From positions 38,688,001-38,752,000 of the forward strand of contig OZ024746.1 of NCBI GenBank assembly GCA_964016885.1: 64,000 bases of DNA. Direction: 5' to 3'. Source of the stretch: Eledone cirrhosa (lineage: Eukaryota). The position numbers were made by a program, and so were the translations under genes. Below the pieces are notes generated by a model that saw only the letters and a program-made list of their open reading frames with translations, was not told the origin of the DNA and ran no database searches. Shown piece after piece: positions 17,775 through 30,736 of this stretch (position 1 is the first letter of the stretch; every line of letters begins with the position of its first letter).

Positions 17775-20377
17775 AATCGCCTCAAACTTTTCCTCAACCC
17801 CCTCCTCCCACCCTGCTATCTCCCCTCTGCCCTTCAACTCTCCTACCTTCTCTTCGCCAAAACCCGGCACTCCAGCCACATCCATTTCCTCAGCCACTGC
17901 CTCCGCCTCCACCTTATCCCCCTCGGCTTCCTTCTACACTTCCACCCTTCCCCCGCCGCTTCCCCCTCCACGCAGCGTATCCTCACCCGATCCTCACGCC
18001 TCCTGATGCGCAACTCAATCCGCGCCTCCCGTTCCACCCTCCGCCAACTTGACCACCAACTGACCCCCACCCTCCTCCGCCTTAACTCCACCTGCCACCC
18101 CCTCCTCACCCAAGCCATCCTCTCCTTCATCCATAACCTCAACCACAACCTCTTCTCGTTCCTCAGCTCCACCAAAGCCCGCAAGCTACACTCACTCCTC
18201 CCAACCCCCCCCATCCACCACCACCCGCCCATCCCCATACGCCCACCACTCTCCACCTCTCCCTCGACCCACACCTCTACCCAATCTCCACCCTCCACCT
18301 CACTCCTCACCACACTGCCCCCCCCAAAACACCCAAACCCCACCCCTTGTTGTCACCATAACCCCTGACTTCCCCCTCTCCGCACCTGAGCGCTCACTCC
18401 TTAGTAGAGGCCTTCGCTTCATACCCCACACTCCGCACAGCGACGAGTTCCGCACCCGAACGGAAGTCGAGCGATTCGTGCGACGCACTAAGCTACAGGC
18501 ACATTTCGGCCGAACGCCACCGGCTCCGGACGCCCCAGACCCGTTTCTCGCCCTGGGCCGACGACCATCTTCTTGGACGCCGGCCCCAGGGCAATTTAGC
18601 ACCCTGGACGCCTTCGTCGATGCCAGCCGTAGCGCAGTAAATCGTTTCGACTTCCGCCACCGTTCCAAACGGTACAATATCTCACGGGGCGAACTCCTCG
18701 CTCTCCGCTCCCCCTCCGCAGCCGAGATGACATCGTCATCAAACCGGCGGACAAGGGAGGCGCCGTAGTGGTGTGGCGCGCAGACCTCTACACGGCCGAA
18801 GCCCTCAGGCAGCTCTGTAACCCCCTCTTTTACCGCCCTCTACCCTCCGATCCCACCCCCCTCTACCAACAACAAGTCTCCTCCACCATCAAAGACCTTA
18901 TCGCCTCCCCCCCCCCCCCGCTTCCCTCCTCGCCCCCCTTGTCACCACCCTCCCCTCCCACATCTCCGACATCAACCACGCCCTGCGCCTTTTCGACTCC
19001 TTCACCTACCCACCCGGCCCACAGCCCTTCCTCTTCACCCTAGACATCAAGTCCCTCTATACCGTCATCCCCCACGCCGACGGCCTACGCGCCCTCAAAC
19101 ACTACCTCGACCTTCGCCCCTCCCCCTTTCCCTACACCCCCACCCTCCTTCGCCTCGCCGAGCTGGTCCTCACCCTGAATTGTTTCTCCTTCTCGGGTGA
19201 GTTTTACCAACAGGTCACGGGGGTAGCCATGGGTACAAGAATGGGCCCGAACTATGCCAACCTTTTTGTTGGCCATGTTGAGGCCCAAATCTTTGCCCAG
19301 TACACTGGCCCCACGCCCGAACTGTACGGTCGTTACATTGACGACTGTATCGGAGCCACGACCCTCACCCGAGAACAGCTCGACTCCTTTCTCTCCTTCT
19401 TCTGCTCCTTCCACCCCTCCCTCCACTTCACCACCTCTATCTCCACCACCCACGTCCACTTCTTAGACATCTCCGTCGCCTTCGACCCCTCCCACCACTC
19501 CCTCGTCACCTCCGCCTTCTTCAAACCCACCGACTCCCACTCTTACCTCGACTTCACCTCTTCCCACCCCACCCACACTAAACACTCCATTCCCTACTCC
19601 CAACTTCTCAGGATCCGCCGCCTCTGTAGCCGAGATGCTGACTGTGAGTTCCAGGCCCTTTCCCTAGTCAGCCATTTCATCCGCAGAGGTTACCCCCCTC
19701 CCCCTCTCTCTCGTCCACACCGCTCTCACCCGCGCCGTGCTGTCCCCCGCTCCACCACCCTCACCCCACTCCACTGCACACCCACCCACCGTCTCCCCTT
19801 CCCCATCACCTACCACCCCTCCACCTTACCCCTCCACCGCACCATCTGCCGCCTCTTCCGACGCCTCCAGTCCGACCCCTCCACCTCCCACATCTTCCCA
19901 ACCCCACCACTCCCCTCCTTCAAACGCGCATGCAATCTCCGCACCCTCCTCGTCCACAGCTCCCTACCCCCCAACCCACGCTCTGTTCCCCCCCCCCGGT
20001 TCCTTTCCCTGTTCTAGGCCCCGCTGCAACACCTGTCCCTACATCACCAACACCACCACCTTCCAGGGTCCCAATGGCCACTCTCCCTCTGTCCGGCATG
20101 CCTTCCGCTGCACCTCCTCCAACCTATGTCGGACAGACGGGGCGTCGCCTGGCGGACCGATTCACCGAGCACCTCCGGGATATTCGTCTCGGGGGTAGTT
20201 CCCCCAATCGCCCGCCACTTTGGTGACCCTGGACATTCTGCACGCCATCTCACAGTCTGTGGCCTACCCCAGTGCCACGGAACACCCGCCAATCACCTTA
20301 CGGTCGAACAACGAACTATCTTCATCTTACAGACCCACACTCCCCCCGGCCTGAACTCCCCACCCTTATTCCTTTAG
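17775..20377 (+). pseudogene. Penelope-like RT/GIY-YIG polyprotein, frameshifted and deleted
   Basis: Across frames: TRHSSHIHFLSHCLRLHLIPLGF; ERSLLSRGLRFIP; DIVIKPADKGGAVVVW; FTLDIKSLYTVIPH; QVTGVAMGTRMGPNYANLF; RYIDD; KPTDSHSYLDFTSSHP; CSRPRCNTCPY; YVGQTGRRLADRFTEH; GLN. No in-frame ATG seen at the 5' end. Confidence 0.92.
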
Positions 20378-21554
20378 CCTTCGACCGCCCCCCTCCCCCC
20401 ACACTTACCCCCCACTAACACCACTAACACACCCCTCCTTTTCACCGCCCACCCCACAACTAACAATACTAACACCTCCACTCCACCCCTCATCTGACCA
20501 CCCTTCCCCAACTAACATACTAACATCCCTCCCTTCTTCTCCTCCTCCCCCCTCCTTATCACACGCACACACCCACCGGCACATATATACACGCGCTCTC
20601 ACTAAACACACACCCTACTACCACCACTAACCCTCACCCCCACACCTCTCACCCCCACACCTCCATCCCACCACCCCGCAACTAACCTCACTAACAACCC
20701 CTAACCCCAAGCACACGAACACACGCACCCACTTACACCACCCACCCACACGCAACTAACATCACTAACACCCCCCAACCCCACGCACACGTACCCACAC
20801 ACCCTCGTACACCACCAACTCTACACACCCCACCACCACTAACCCCCACTCACACCTGCATTCAACCCCTCCCCACCTCCCGTATACTAACACCCACTAA
20901 CACCCCTTCATCAAACTACACACACACCAGTACACCACACTCCCTCCATAGAACCACACACACCCTTCTCTCCGCGCTCCACCCACACCCTCGCTCCACA
21001 CTCACTCATCCCACTAACACCTCTACTAATACACACACACACACCCTCCTCACTCCAACTTTCACACCTACCCATCCTCGCCCCTTTACCATTCCACCGC
21101 CTGCTGCTATGCCCTCTGACCACCTCCCAGCACAAACAGACACACAGCACTCCCACTGCTTGACCACTTCCTGTTGCGCGCGCACCCCACATCTCTCCTC
21201 TTCCAACCGTCGCTTCATGGAATACCCGCACGCAGAAATTGACAACACAAAATCCGCTATACACCTTTCTAATTTACCTACTTTTCAACCATCCTCTTAC
21301 GTAATCACCTATATAACTCACCCACACACACACCCAAAAAAAAATTTTTCTTCACACGCCACCTACACCCACAACACGCTTAAACCCCACACATACATGC
21401 TTTCCACCACATATTTACACCCCCAGCCTCCTGATTCCTCTCCCCCCACCCCTCTATCCACACACGCACAGACACTCCGACCTACAAACCCCCCTACACA
21501 CACACACACCTCTTCCTGAACATGCAACCCCGTTCTTCCCCCAACCCTTACTTT

Positions 21555-21585
<31 letters not shown>

Positions 21586-21896
21586 GTACACCTACACACA
21601 CACACCACCTTCAGCCCTCCCGCTCGGACACCCCGTCTCCCTCTCCCCACTCCACCCGCCACCACCCCTACACACCCCACACCCTTCCACCACCTGTTTT
21701 ACCCCCCTTTTAATTTCAGTTTATTTTGATCATGCTTTTATATTTAAATTTATTTCATTCCTTGTATTTTGATCATGCTTTATTTTTATTTTTATCTTTA
21801 TTTTTTTTTTTTTTTCATTCGCACCGTTTCCTTTCGCTATATGTCTCTCCACCACTCCCCTACACACCCTTTGAACTCTGTTCCCACACACTTCCC

Positions 21897-21928
21897 ACCT
21901 GGGGAAGGGCTTATGCCCGAAACGTCGT
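21897..21928 (+). ncRNA. Minimal HHR-like motif in 3' pLTR (core CTGGGGA, A6G)
   Basis: CTGGGGA-a-gggc ttat gccc-GAAA-cg-TC. The consensus of the two pLTRs is CTGAGGA. Confidence 0.55.
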
Positions 21929-22022
21929 CCCCCACCAACGCCCCACTCTCCAGAGCGTGAAATTAATAAACATTCGTTGTACTGCCTCTCTGTTTTGTCC
22001 CTGTTCAAATGTTTCCATTATA

Positions 22023-22069
<47 letters not shown>

Positions 22070-22080
22070 GTATATATATG

Positions 22081-22111
<31 letters not shown>

Positions 22112-22112
22112 G

Positions 22113-22205
<93 letters not shown>

Positions 22206-22230
22206 GTATATATATATATATGTGTATATG

Positions 22231-22279
<49 letters not shown>

Positions 22280-22416
22280 GTATATATATGTATATATATA
22301 TATGTATATATATATATGTATATATATGTATATATATATATGTATATATATGTATATATATATATGTATATATATGTATATATATATGTATATATGTATA
22401 TGTATATATATATATG

Positions 22417-22486
<70 letters not shown>

Positions 22487-22520
22487 TGTATATATATGTA
22501 TATATATATATATATGTATA

Positions 22521-22668
<148 letters not shown>

Positions 22669-22672
22669 AATG

Positions 22673-22739
<67 letters not shown>

Positions 22740-22740
22740 G

Positions 22741-22825
<85 letters not shown>

Positions 22826-22829
22826 GTAT

Positions 22830-23258
22830 ATAATATAAGATCAAAAGATGGTTAAAGGAGTTCAATATATTTTATTATGCGCATTTCAAAAACAAACATC
22901 ATCAAACAATAATATTTGTGTTTTCATCAGATAAAACAGGAGAACATGATATGAAGGCTAAAAAAAACACTTGTTGATAGTGCAGTTTTAAATCAACATA
23001 TCTATGTTGATTTAAAACTGCACTATCAACAAGTGTTTTTTTAGCCTTCATATCATGTTCTCCTGTTTTATCTGATGAAAACACAAATATTATTGTTTGA
23101 TGATGTTTGTTTTTGAAATGCGCATAATAAAATATATTGAACTCCTTTAACCATCTTTTGATCTTATATTATGCATACTCCAGTCCCACAAACTGTAGAG
23201 TGCTTCTTATCCGATATCTGCATTGCTTTATTGTACTACAATAAAACTCACCTCCTAC
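22830..23258 (+). mobile_element. HHR fold-back mini-element: about 170-bp near-perfect palindrome plus tail
   Basis: Arms 22830-23000 / 23003-23172 with a 2-nt loop and one homopolymer indel. Tail 23173-23258; (TA)n flanks. Confidence 0.9.
23064..23134 (+). ncRNA. Type I hammerhead ribozyme (mirror copy 22868-22938 on minus)
   Basis: tgttttat-CTGATGA-long helix II-GAAA-tgcgca-TA-ataaaata. Helix III is the palindrome ATGCGCAT. Confidence 0.88.
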
Positions 23259-23289
23259 ATATATGTATATATATATATGTATATATATG

Positions 23290-23427
<138 letters not shown>

Positions 23428-23867
23428 TACGTTTGTACGTGTTTATATCATACGATCTTCTGCGAGAGTACATAACTTAGAACAACTTATGAAAGACATG
23501 CTGAACACCAGACACGTCTTACTTTAGCTTATTTGCATACCAATGTTGTGGATAAATTAAATCAATAGACTGGATAAAATAAATTCTCCGGGTGAGCTGG
23601 TAACGACCGGCAAAACTGGCCGTGCTTTTATTCACTCACCTCAGCACAGACCGCCCTCTGATGGCGTCGATAGATTTGGTGATGGCGACGTTGATTTTGA
23701 TTATGGCGACGTTGGTTTTGATGACGACGATGTTAGCTTTAAAAGTGATGGCGATTGTAATGGTAGTGATGTTGATGGGATGAGGACTTTCATGATTCGA
23801 GGAAATCGAATATTATGATAATATGAATGAGGAGAGGAACAAAAACATGTTATTACATAAGCATCCG

Positions 23868-23900
<33 letters not shown>

Positions 23901-24046
23901 GTCTGTGTGTGTGTGTGTATACGGGGTGTGTATATGTGTGTGCGCACACGTATGCATGTATATTGATGAGTGCGTTTTGTAAGATGACACATGATCATCT
24001 ACATACATTTACATTTATGTATATAGTACATGGATGGTATGCATAT

Positions 24047-24101
<55 letters not shown>

Positions 24102-24169
24102 GGTACATGTTTATATATGCGTCGTTTATCCTATTATATTTCATACACATTACACACATACATGTATAA

Positions 24170-24269
<100 letters not shown>

Positions 24270-24270
24270 C

Positions 24271-24306
<36 letters not shown>

Positions 24307-26178
24307 TTAATGTATGTGTGCACAAGTGTATCGTTATAGCTAGTTCTAAAAGAGTGATGTCTGTTTGTCCATGTGTGTGTGTATTTGATCATGTGCAAGC
24401 ATGTGTAATGAGAGGGTTGTATGCTTGTTTCAATGAATCTGGAGAAGGTGATCATACTTCAAGTGCAATACAGCATAAAGATAAGCTTTGAGAGGACCGA
24501 ATATTCCTGATTTGAAGGTTTTGATGGCATAAATAAATTGCTATTTTCTGTATAACCTCTCACATCTTCCAAATCACTCTGCTTTGCTAACCATGCCAGA
24601 ATAGACGACTTGACTTAGCTCCAGAACTAGGCTTAGGTGTATTTTAAGTAGGTGTGTGTCTGTGTGTGCGTCTTTATATATATTTATGTATAACGCAAAT
24701 GCGTATACAGACATATGAAGTAAAATTAAATGACTCCTCCATCGCTTTCAACGATGATTATTCCAGTTATTCGGTCAAGTGGACTGCCTTCTCATTGAAT
24801 TATAGTGTAAGTCGCTGAGACTTCCACGAAACTGTGTCCACTGAACATAGTGTTCAATCAGAACCAATGTAGTACCATATGTAATAAAACTGTCCCTTTG
24901 AATTACAGGTACAACTCATCCGATGGGCTTCCACACAGCTTCAATGTAGTCTGTTTCGTTCACTGTTGGTTACAGTAAAATACACTTATCTAAGATGCAA
25001 TACAGTTGTGTAAAACTCAATTTGAGGAATGTGAAACAAAGTTCTTAATGACTTAAGTATAACACAAAAAAGTCAATGCCTATCCATCCCAACTATGGGT
25101 TAAATAGGCTCACCAACCCGCAATTGGCCAAGCATTGTGAGTATGGCTATAATCTTGACATGACGAAACCCAAACAGAAATCGGTGGAAGTTAACCAGGG
25201 AGGAGTCACTCTAACAGGAGTAATCTACGGATATATTAGGTCTAATAAGATTGGAAATAGCTGTTGCTTTCGCCAAGCTGGCTTATTGTTAGATTCCACT
25301 CTCACTGCAAACCTTAAAAAGCTTACATCAGCCAAGGCTAAAGGGAGTTAACTCCCCTAGCTGCTTCAATGATCGAACAACCCAAAGGTGTGTTTTGTCT
25401 TGAAATTATGAGGATAATCTCGATTGGTTGGAGCTTTCTTTCCCCAGTCACCATATTCAGACACTTTATGCTAAGCACAAGAGCCATTCTTGCTGCAATA
25501 ACAACGTAGGCAATGCCTTCCCGCTTCACATTTTATAAATGATCAACTAACTCCTTCTCTGTGTTGCTTTTCTCCTTTGCTACAGTTTACTAGAACGTGC
25601 ACATACTAATCTAATTTTAATTTTAGTGAAACCCACCACTTAAGTATTTCGTTTCGGGAATCTGGTCTGTTTTAATTACCCTTGCCGTGAAAGATACATT
25701 CAGGCCTCATCGTTTTTAGTTTTATCGTGTACTTCTCACGAATTTGTGGCCCATGTAACTGGGATTAATTTCCTCTACCCTTATTTGTCAACCCAATGAT
25801 CGCTCTGTCGAAATACGATCTACATGGCCCGTTGCAGTTTGTCCAAGATCACATTACGATATTTAAGCAGCCCAGGCATTATTTGCTACAATATATTTCA
25901 GTCAAATTAATGGAATACTGTGTTCCACGTGTTTTTAACGTCGAGAAACTAATTCAACTATGATTACAACTTTTTCTTGGTATTTATCAGACTCATCTTA
26001 GTCTATAATATGATTTCTTGAGATATCAATTTTAGATTTTTTTAGTTGGCTGAGAACAAATGTTAGTTTGACGTGTGAATCTCAATTGTAATCAAATCAG
26101 TTATAAATTTTATACCTTGATTAAATTATTTGTGTTTTCCACATATGTCCTCCAATAGATATATACATTAGGATTCCG

Positions 26179-26241
<63 letters not shown>

Positions 26242-26243
<2 letters not shown>

Positions 26244-26412
26244 TCGGAAAGGTACAGGAAAAAAGAGTGCTCTATGTAGGCTACAAGCTTATTAGTTATG
26301 TATATATGTATATATGTATATATATGAATGCATACATACATACACACACACACACATATATATAATTACATTTAGTCTCTCTTTATGTTACTCTATTTCT
26401 CTATCTTTCTGT

Positions 26413-26456
<44 letters not shown>

Positions 26457-26552
26457 CATTCATATATATATATACATATATAAATATATACATATGTAAT
26501 AAGCTCTGTAGCCTACATAGAGCACTCTTTTTTTCCTATATCTTTCCGACGG
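26242..26552. repeat. Inverted repeat pair split by microsatellites
   Basis: 26243-26294 vs 26497-26550 are reverse complements with a few mismatches. Confidence 0.7.
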
Positions 26553-26651
26553 AGATACTTCATTTATATATGTATATATATATATATGTATATATATATA
26601 TGTAAATATATATATATATATATATGCATATATATATATATAAATTATATA

Positions 26652-26719
<68 letters not shown>

Positions 26720-26867
26720 ATATGTGTGTGTGTGTGTATTTATATATATGTATATATATAAACGGAAAAAATGAAACCAAATTTCATTTCTCACTCTTAG
26801 TACGGCTGTTACTTAAATATAAGTATGTATACGTACATACATATATGTATACAGACGTACAGTAGTA

Positions 26868-26920
<53 letters not shown>

Positions 26921-26925
<5 letters not shown>

Positions 26926-27526
26926 AGAGTATTGAAGTTTGCTTGAAGCATTGTGGAATAATAAGTAAATATCTTTAAGTCGTTTGGAAGCCTCGACAAT
27001 GCAAATGGGTAAATCTCCGGTTAACAAGATCCGGTGGTGGGGAGAGAGATATAAGTGGGTGTACGTTGAGATGCGTGGTGTGTATGAGATGTGTAGAAGA
27101 ATGAAGGAAAGAGTATAAAGTATAAAATTAAAATAACAACACGAGAGAGAGTTACCTTGGGAGAGATTTAATAGTCCCTATATATTTCGGATTCACATCC
27201 ATCAACTGGGGTTTTTCCGGGGTGGGGGAAAGGTTGTCTGTTGGGCAGGTGCGAAACGCGTCCTCCGCTGTTTGTTGTTTTGAATATCGATATTCAAAAC
27301 AACAAACAGCGGAGGACGCGTTTCGCACCTGTCCGACAGACAACCTTTCCCCCACCCCGGAAAAACCCCCAGTTGATGGATGTGAATCCGAAATATATAG
27401 GGACTATTAAATCTCTCCCAAGGTAACTCTCTCTCGTGTTGTTATTTTTATTTTATACTTTATACTCTTTCCTTCATTCTTCTACACATCTCATACACAC
27501 CACGCATCTCAACGTACACCCACTTA
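26921..27526 (-). mobile_element. Fold-back element: about 237-bp arm palindrome plus tail, nested in the (TA)n of family E
   Basis: Arms 27052-27288 / 27289-27526 with no loop (centre ATATCGATAT). Tail 26921-27051. HHR-like fold at 27367-27402. Confidence 0.88.
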
Positions 27527-27695
27527 CATATATATATATATATATATATATATACATGCACACATATATATATGTACGTATGGATTCACCGAACATTTAT
27601 TATAATGCTCGGTGTGTTTGTAAACAAACATCCCGAATTAAGCCGTACAGTGTCTAGCAACCATCGTTGCTCATTTGTTCAACACTGACAAAGGA

Positions 27696-27738
27696 ACGCT
27701 GTACTAGTTTCAAGCTTATTAGCTATCGTCAGCAACGT
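27696..27738 (-). ncRNA. Type I hammerhead ribozyme (family E)
   Basis: acgttg-CTGACGA-t agct aata agct t-GAAA-ctag-TA-cagcgt. Confidence 0.88.
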
Positions 27739-28156
27739 ATACCTTCGTTGAGGACGATAGAGAATCATCACACACATATATATATATATGTGTGTGTGTG
27801 TGTGTTATCTTTTTATGCGTCTACAATTTAGTAAGCAGCCAAAGTTCTGCTTGCTTCAACCGACGCAATTGATCAACTCAAGATTCTATAACGCATGCAC
27901 GCACCCTTCGCCCCTGATATATATATATGTAAGTATGTATATATATATATATATATACATATATATACATACTTACATGTATATATGCATGTGCGTGGTT
28001 TTGTATACCTATGGTAAGGTTTTGTGCGTATGCTTGTGTATGTACGTATTTGTTTGCGTGTATGTATTTATTTATTTCTATTACTTCTGTATTGTATTTA
28101 TTTACTTTGTTCTTAACTCTGTAGCGGAGATTCATTTGGTCTCCTAGTTAGAATTT

Positions 28157-28662
28157 TAGTCTACGACTTCTGCTATACCATTTACGTGGTTTTGTCTTTG
28201 CGTGCTATTGTTCTCCACGCTCCACATATGACTTATTATCTTCGTTTTTTCGTTCATTACCAGAGAACGTCTCTATGAACCACCTAAGAGAACATTAGTC
28301 TACGACCTCTTTTATACCATAAACGTGGTTCTGTCCTTGCGCGTAATTGTTTTTCACCGCTTCTATTAATGACGTATTATTCGTTTTTTCCCGTTCTTTG
28401 CCAGCGAACGTTTCCACGAACCAAAGTATCGTCTTCCTGTCTTCCTCCGGTTGCAACGTTTTTTGAAATATCCAGTTCTGCGTTTACAGATTGACTTTGT
28501 TAGTTTCAGAAGATCCCGTTAAGGGTGAAAGCAGCGATTCTTTGCTTAAACTTTAATCTGTTATTTAATAAATATTTGCTCTACGGTTCTTATATATTTG
28601 ATATATATTTATCCTTATCGAGCCTTCTTTGGATTTTAGTCTTCAATTTTATTATTATTACT
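28157..28662 (+). mobile_element. Family B element 3' end with two diverged ~139-bp direct repeats and a variant HHR
   Basis: Repeats 28157-28283 / 28295-28423. 28502-28662 matches 44317-44482 and 61897-62122. Confidence 0.7.
28502..28552 (+). ncRNA. HHR fold with non-canonical core CAGAAGA
   Basis: agttt-CAGAAGA-tccc gttaa gggt-GAAA-gcag cgattct ttgc-TT-aaact. Confidence 0.6.
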
Positions 28663-28902
28663 ATATGCATATATATATATTTCGTTTCTGAATTTGTTTA
28701 GCAAGATTCTTTATCTGAAATCGTGTGTTGAAACCGATATTGTTATACTTTAGGAGGGTCATGTTGCCAATAAGAAACACACGCACCAGTTGCTTTCACT
28801 TCAATTTATTATATATTTATAAATTTATAAATTTACAAATCTACAAACTTATAAATTTCTGGTTGGTTGGTTGGTTCCACAACCAGATAGTTGTTTATAT
28901 AT

Positions 28903-28947
28903 AGTCATAGTCCTTTCGTCACACACTCTGTGACCTCTTCAGTGACT
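28903..28947 (-). ncRNA. Type I hammerhead ribozyme in the 3' region of a PLE fragment
   Basis: agtca-CTGAAGA-g gtcaca gagtg tgtgac-GAAA-ggac-TA-tgact, about 210 nt downstream of the GIY-YIG stop. Confidence 0.85.
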
Positions 28948-29154
28948 GGGGATTCCTTTCTTTGTTTCCGTGCTTTCCTTTCTTCTGTCCTACGCCATTT
29001 TGTTTCTGTGTGTGTGTTGTGTGCTCAGTTTGCGCATGCGCCACATCCGGGTGTCTGTGTGTGTTTGTGTTCATTTATCTATTTGTTTATTTATTTATTT
29101 ATTTATTGTTGGTTGGTTGTTTGTTCTATGTGTGTGTGTGTTTTCATTTTGTCC

Positions 29155-29552
29155 TTAATTGTAAGTTGTGATGTTGCTGTTCCACTCATATTTTCTATTT
29201 AATTTTGGTTGTAATTCTTTTATGCTTACTGCCTCTGTAATTTTCCTAAACATTGCATCTTTTCTGTGTGTGGATTCTATTTTTATTTCTATGTTCTCTA
29301 ATTTACCCCTGTGTTCTATCTTAGCATGTTGGTAGAGCACAGATGATTCTTTATTATCTTGAAGGTCTCGCCAGTGTTCATTTATTCGTTCCCCTATACT
29401 ACGAGCTGTCTCACCTATGTACACTATATTTTTGTTTCTACATTGTCCTTCAGTACATCTTATGCTATACACTACATTTCTAGTTTTACAGTTAATATGG
29501 GGGCTTATTTTACAGGTTATACATTTCTTATCTATACATGAGGGTCTTTGGA
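29155..29552 (-). pseudogene. 5'-truncated PLE: intact-reading GIY-YIG endonuclease domain
   Basis: CITC...NCKTRNVVYSIRC...VYIGETARSIGERINEH...ITEAVSIKELQPKLN. Truncated at (TA)n; the listed ORF start comes from an unrelated neighbour. Confidence 0.88.
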
Positions 29553-29572
29553 ATATATATATATATATGCAT

Positions 29573-29685
29573 ATAACAAAGAGGGTGTGGTAAGATACCA
29601 GGTGGACCATAACGCACCAGAGTACTCAATACTTAGGAGAGTAGAGTGGGTAATAGGAAAAGAGTCAGGGTCCCGGCGTTAAAAC
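29573..29685 (-). mobile_element. Family C tail fragment
   Basis: Matches 39781-39890 (GGTGGACCATAACGCACC). Confidence 0.7.
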
Positions 29686-30546
29686 ATTATGTGTCTTCTT
29701 GTTAATACACGTTAGGTGTTGCAGTCTTAAAGCAAAGTGTCTCGTTGTTAAAATAGTATTGGGTGCATTGGTATTATAACAACAATAGGTGTGTTGGTAT
29801 CAAAACAATGATAGATGTGTTGGTATTAAAGCATCATTATGTCTTGGTGATAAAACAACTCTCAATACAGTTGCAGCAAATGAAGCCAACTCAATCAAAG
29901 CCATAATAATACTCCTAACTGCATTACCTCAGGGAAAACTTTAGCTTTTGCTATTCGTAGTAGTTCATTCAATTGTGCCGATAGTCACTCTCATGCACTA
30001 CGCTAAGGATACAAAAAATATTACAGGTAATCAAGATGCCTGACGCTGTCAAGTACTTACAAGAAGATCTGAATACAATATACAAGTAAAATGAAGACAG
30101 CAAAACTACATGTAATACTGGGAAATGTTAAGCCGTTCTATGCTACATGGAACCATGGGGAATTGAAATCCCAGAGTCAAAATTAGTATTTGCCTAGATT
30201 ATTGCTCACAGCTATGTCCACTTCTCAGTGTTAAACTAACTGTAGAAATTGAATCAATTCAACTTTACTTCACCCAGCAGGTACTGAAGTAACTCTATTC
30301 CTGGGACCTACGATGGGAAAGTTATATAGTGGTATCACTACATAACTACTACTGAATCCACTCACTTCTTTGTGGTGGTATGATAAAATTATTCCATCTC
30401 ACATGATCCAACATTAACTGCTTCAGCTCTTCACTGGATGATTCTCTATCGTCCTCAATGTCTCCCTTTAATGTTTTGCGATGTCTTCCACGTTTACCCA
30501 GCCATTAGAAAACAATAGTAATGTATATACATGTGTGTGTGTGTGT

Positions 30547-30599
<53 letters not shown>

Positions 30600-30606
30600 G
30601 GTGGGT

Positions 30607-30736
<130 letters not shown>

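Larger units (their letters stand above)
17081..22022 (+). mobile_element. Near full-length Penelope-like retroelement with direct pLTRs, inserted in (TA)n
   Basis: About 217-bp direct repeats at 17086-17302 and 21806-22022, each with an HHR-like motif and AATAAA. Internal RT + GIY-YIG; (TA)n on both flanks. Confidence 0.93.
26758..27746 (-). mobile_element. Family E HHR element copy, split by a nested insertion
   Basis: 26758-26872 and 27553-27746 are contiguous parts of the 421-bp unit at 53509-53929. Confidence 0.85.

Noticed and set aside
20620-20710. Telomeric (CCCTAA)n
   Set aside because: Only isolated CTAACC; the recurring word is ACTAAC, not tandem CCCTAA.
17843-21680. Minus-strand G/V/E-rich ORFs across the Penelope element
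   Set aside because: Antisense shadows of the C-rich plus strand.
22830-23172. Palindromes as chimeric-read or assembly artefacts
   Set aside because: Arms differ at some sites, families recur with the same tails and ends, and older decayed versions exist. Raw-read confirmation is still desirable.
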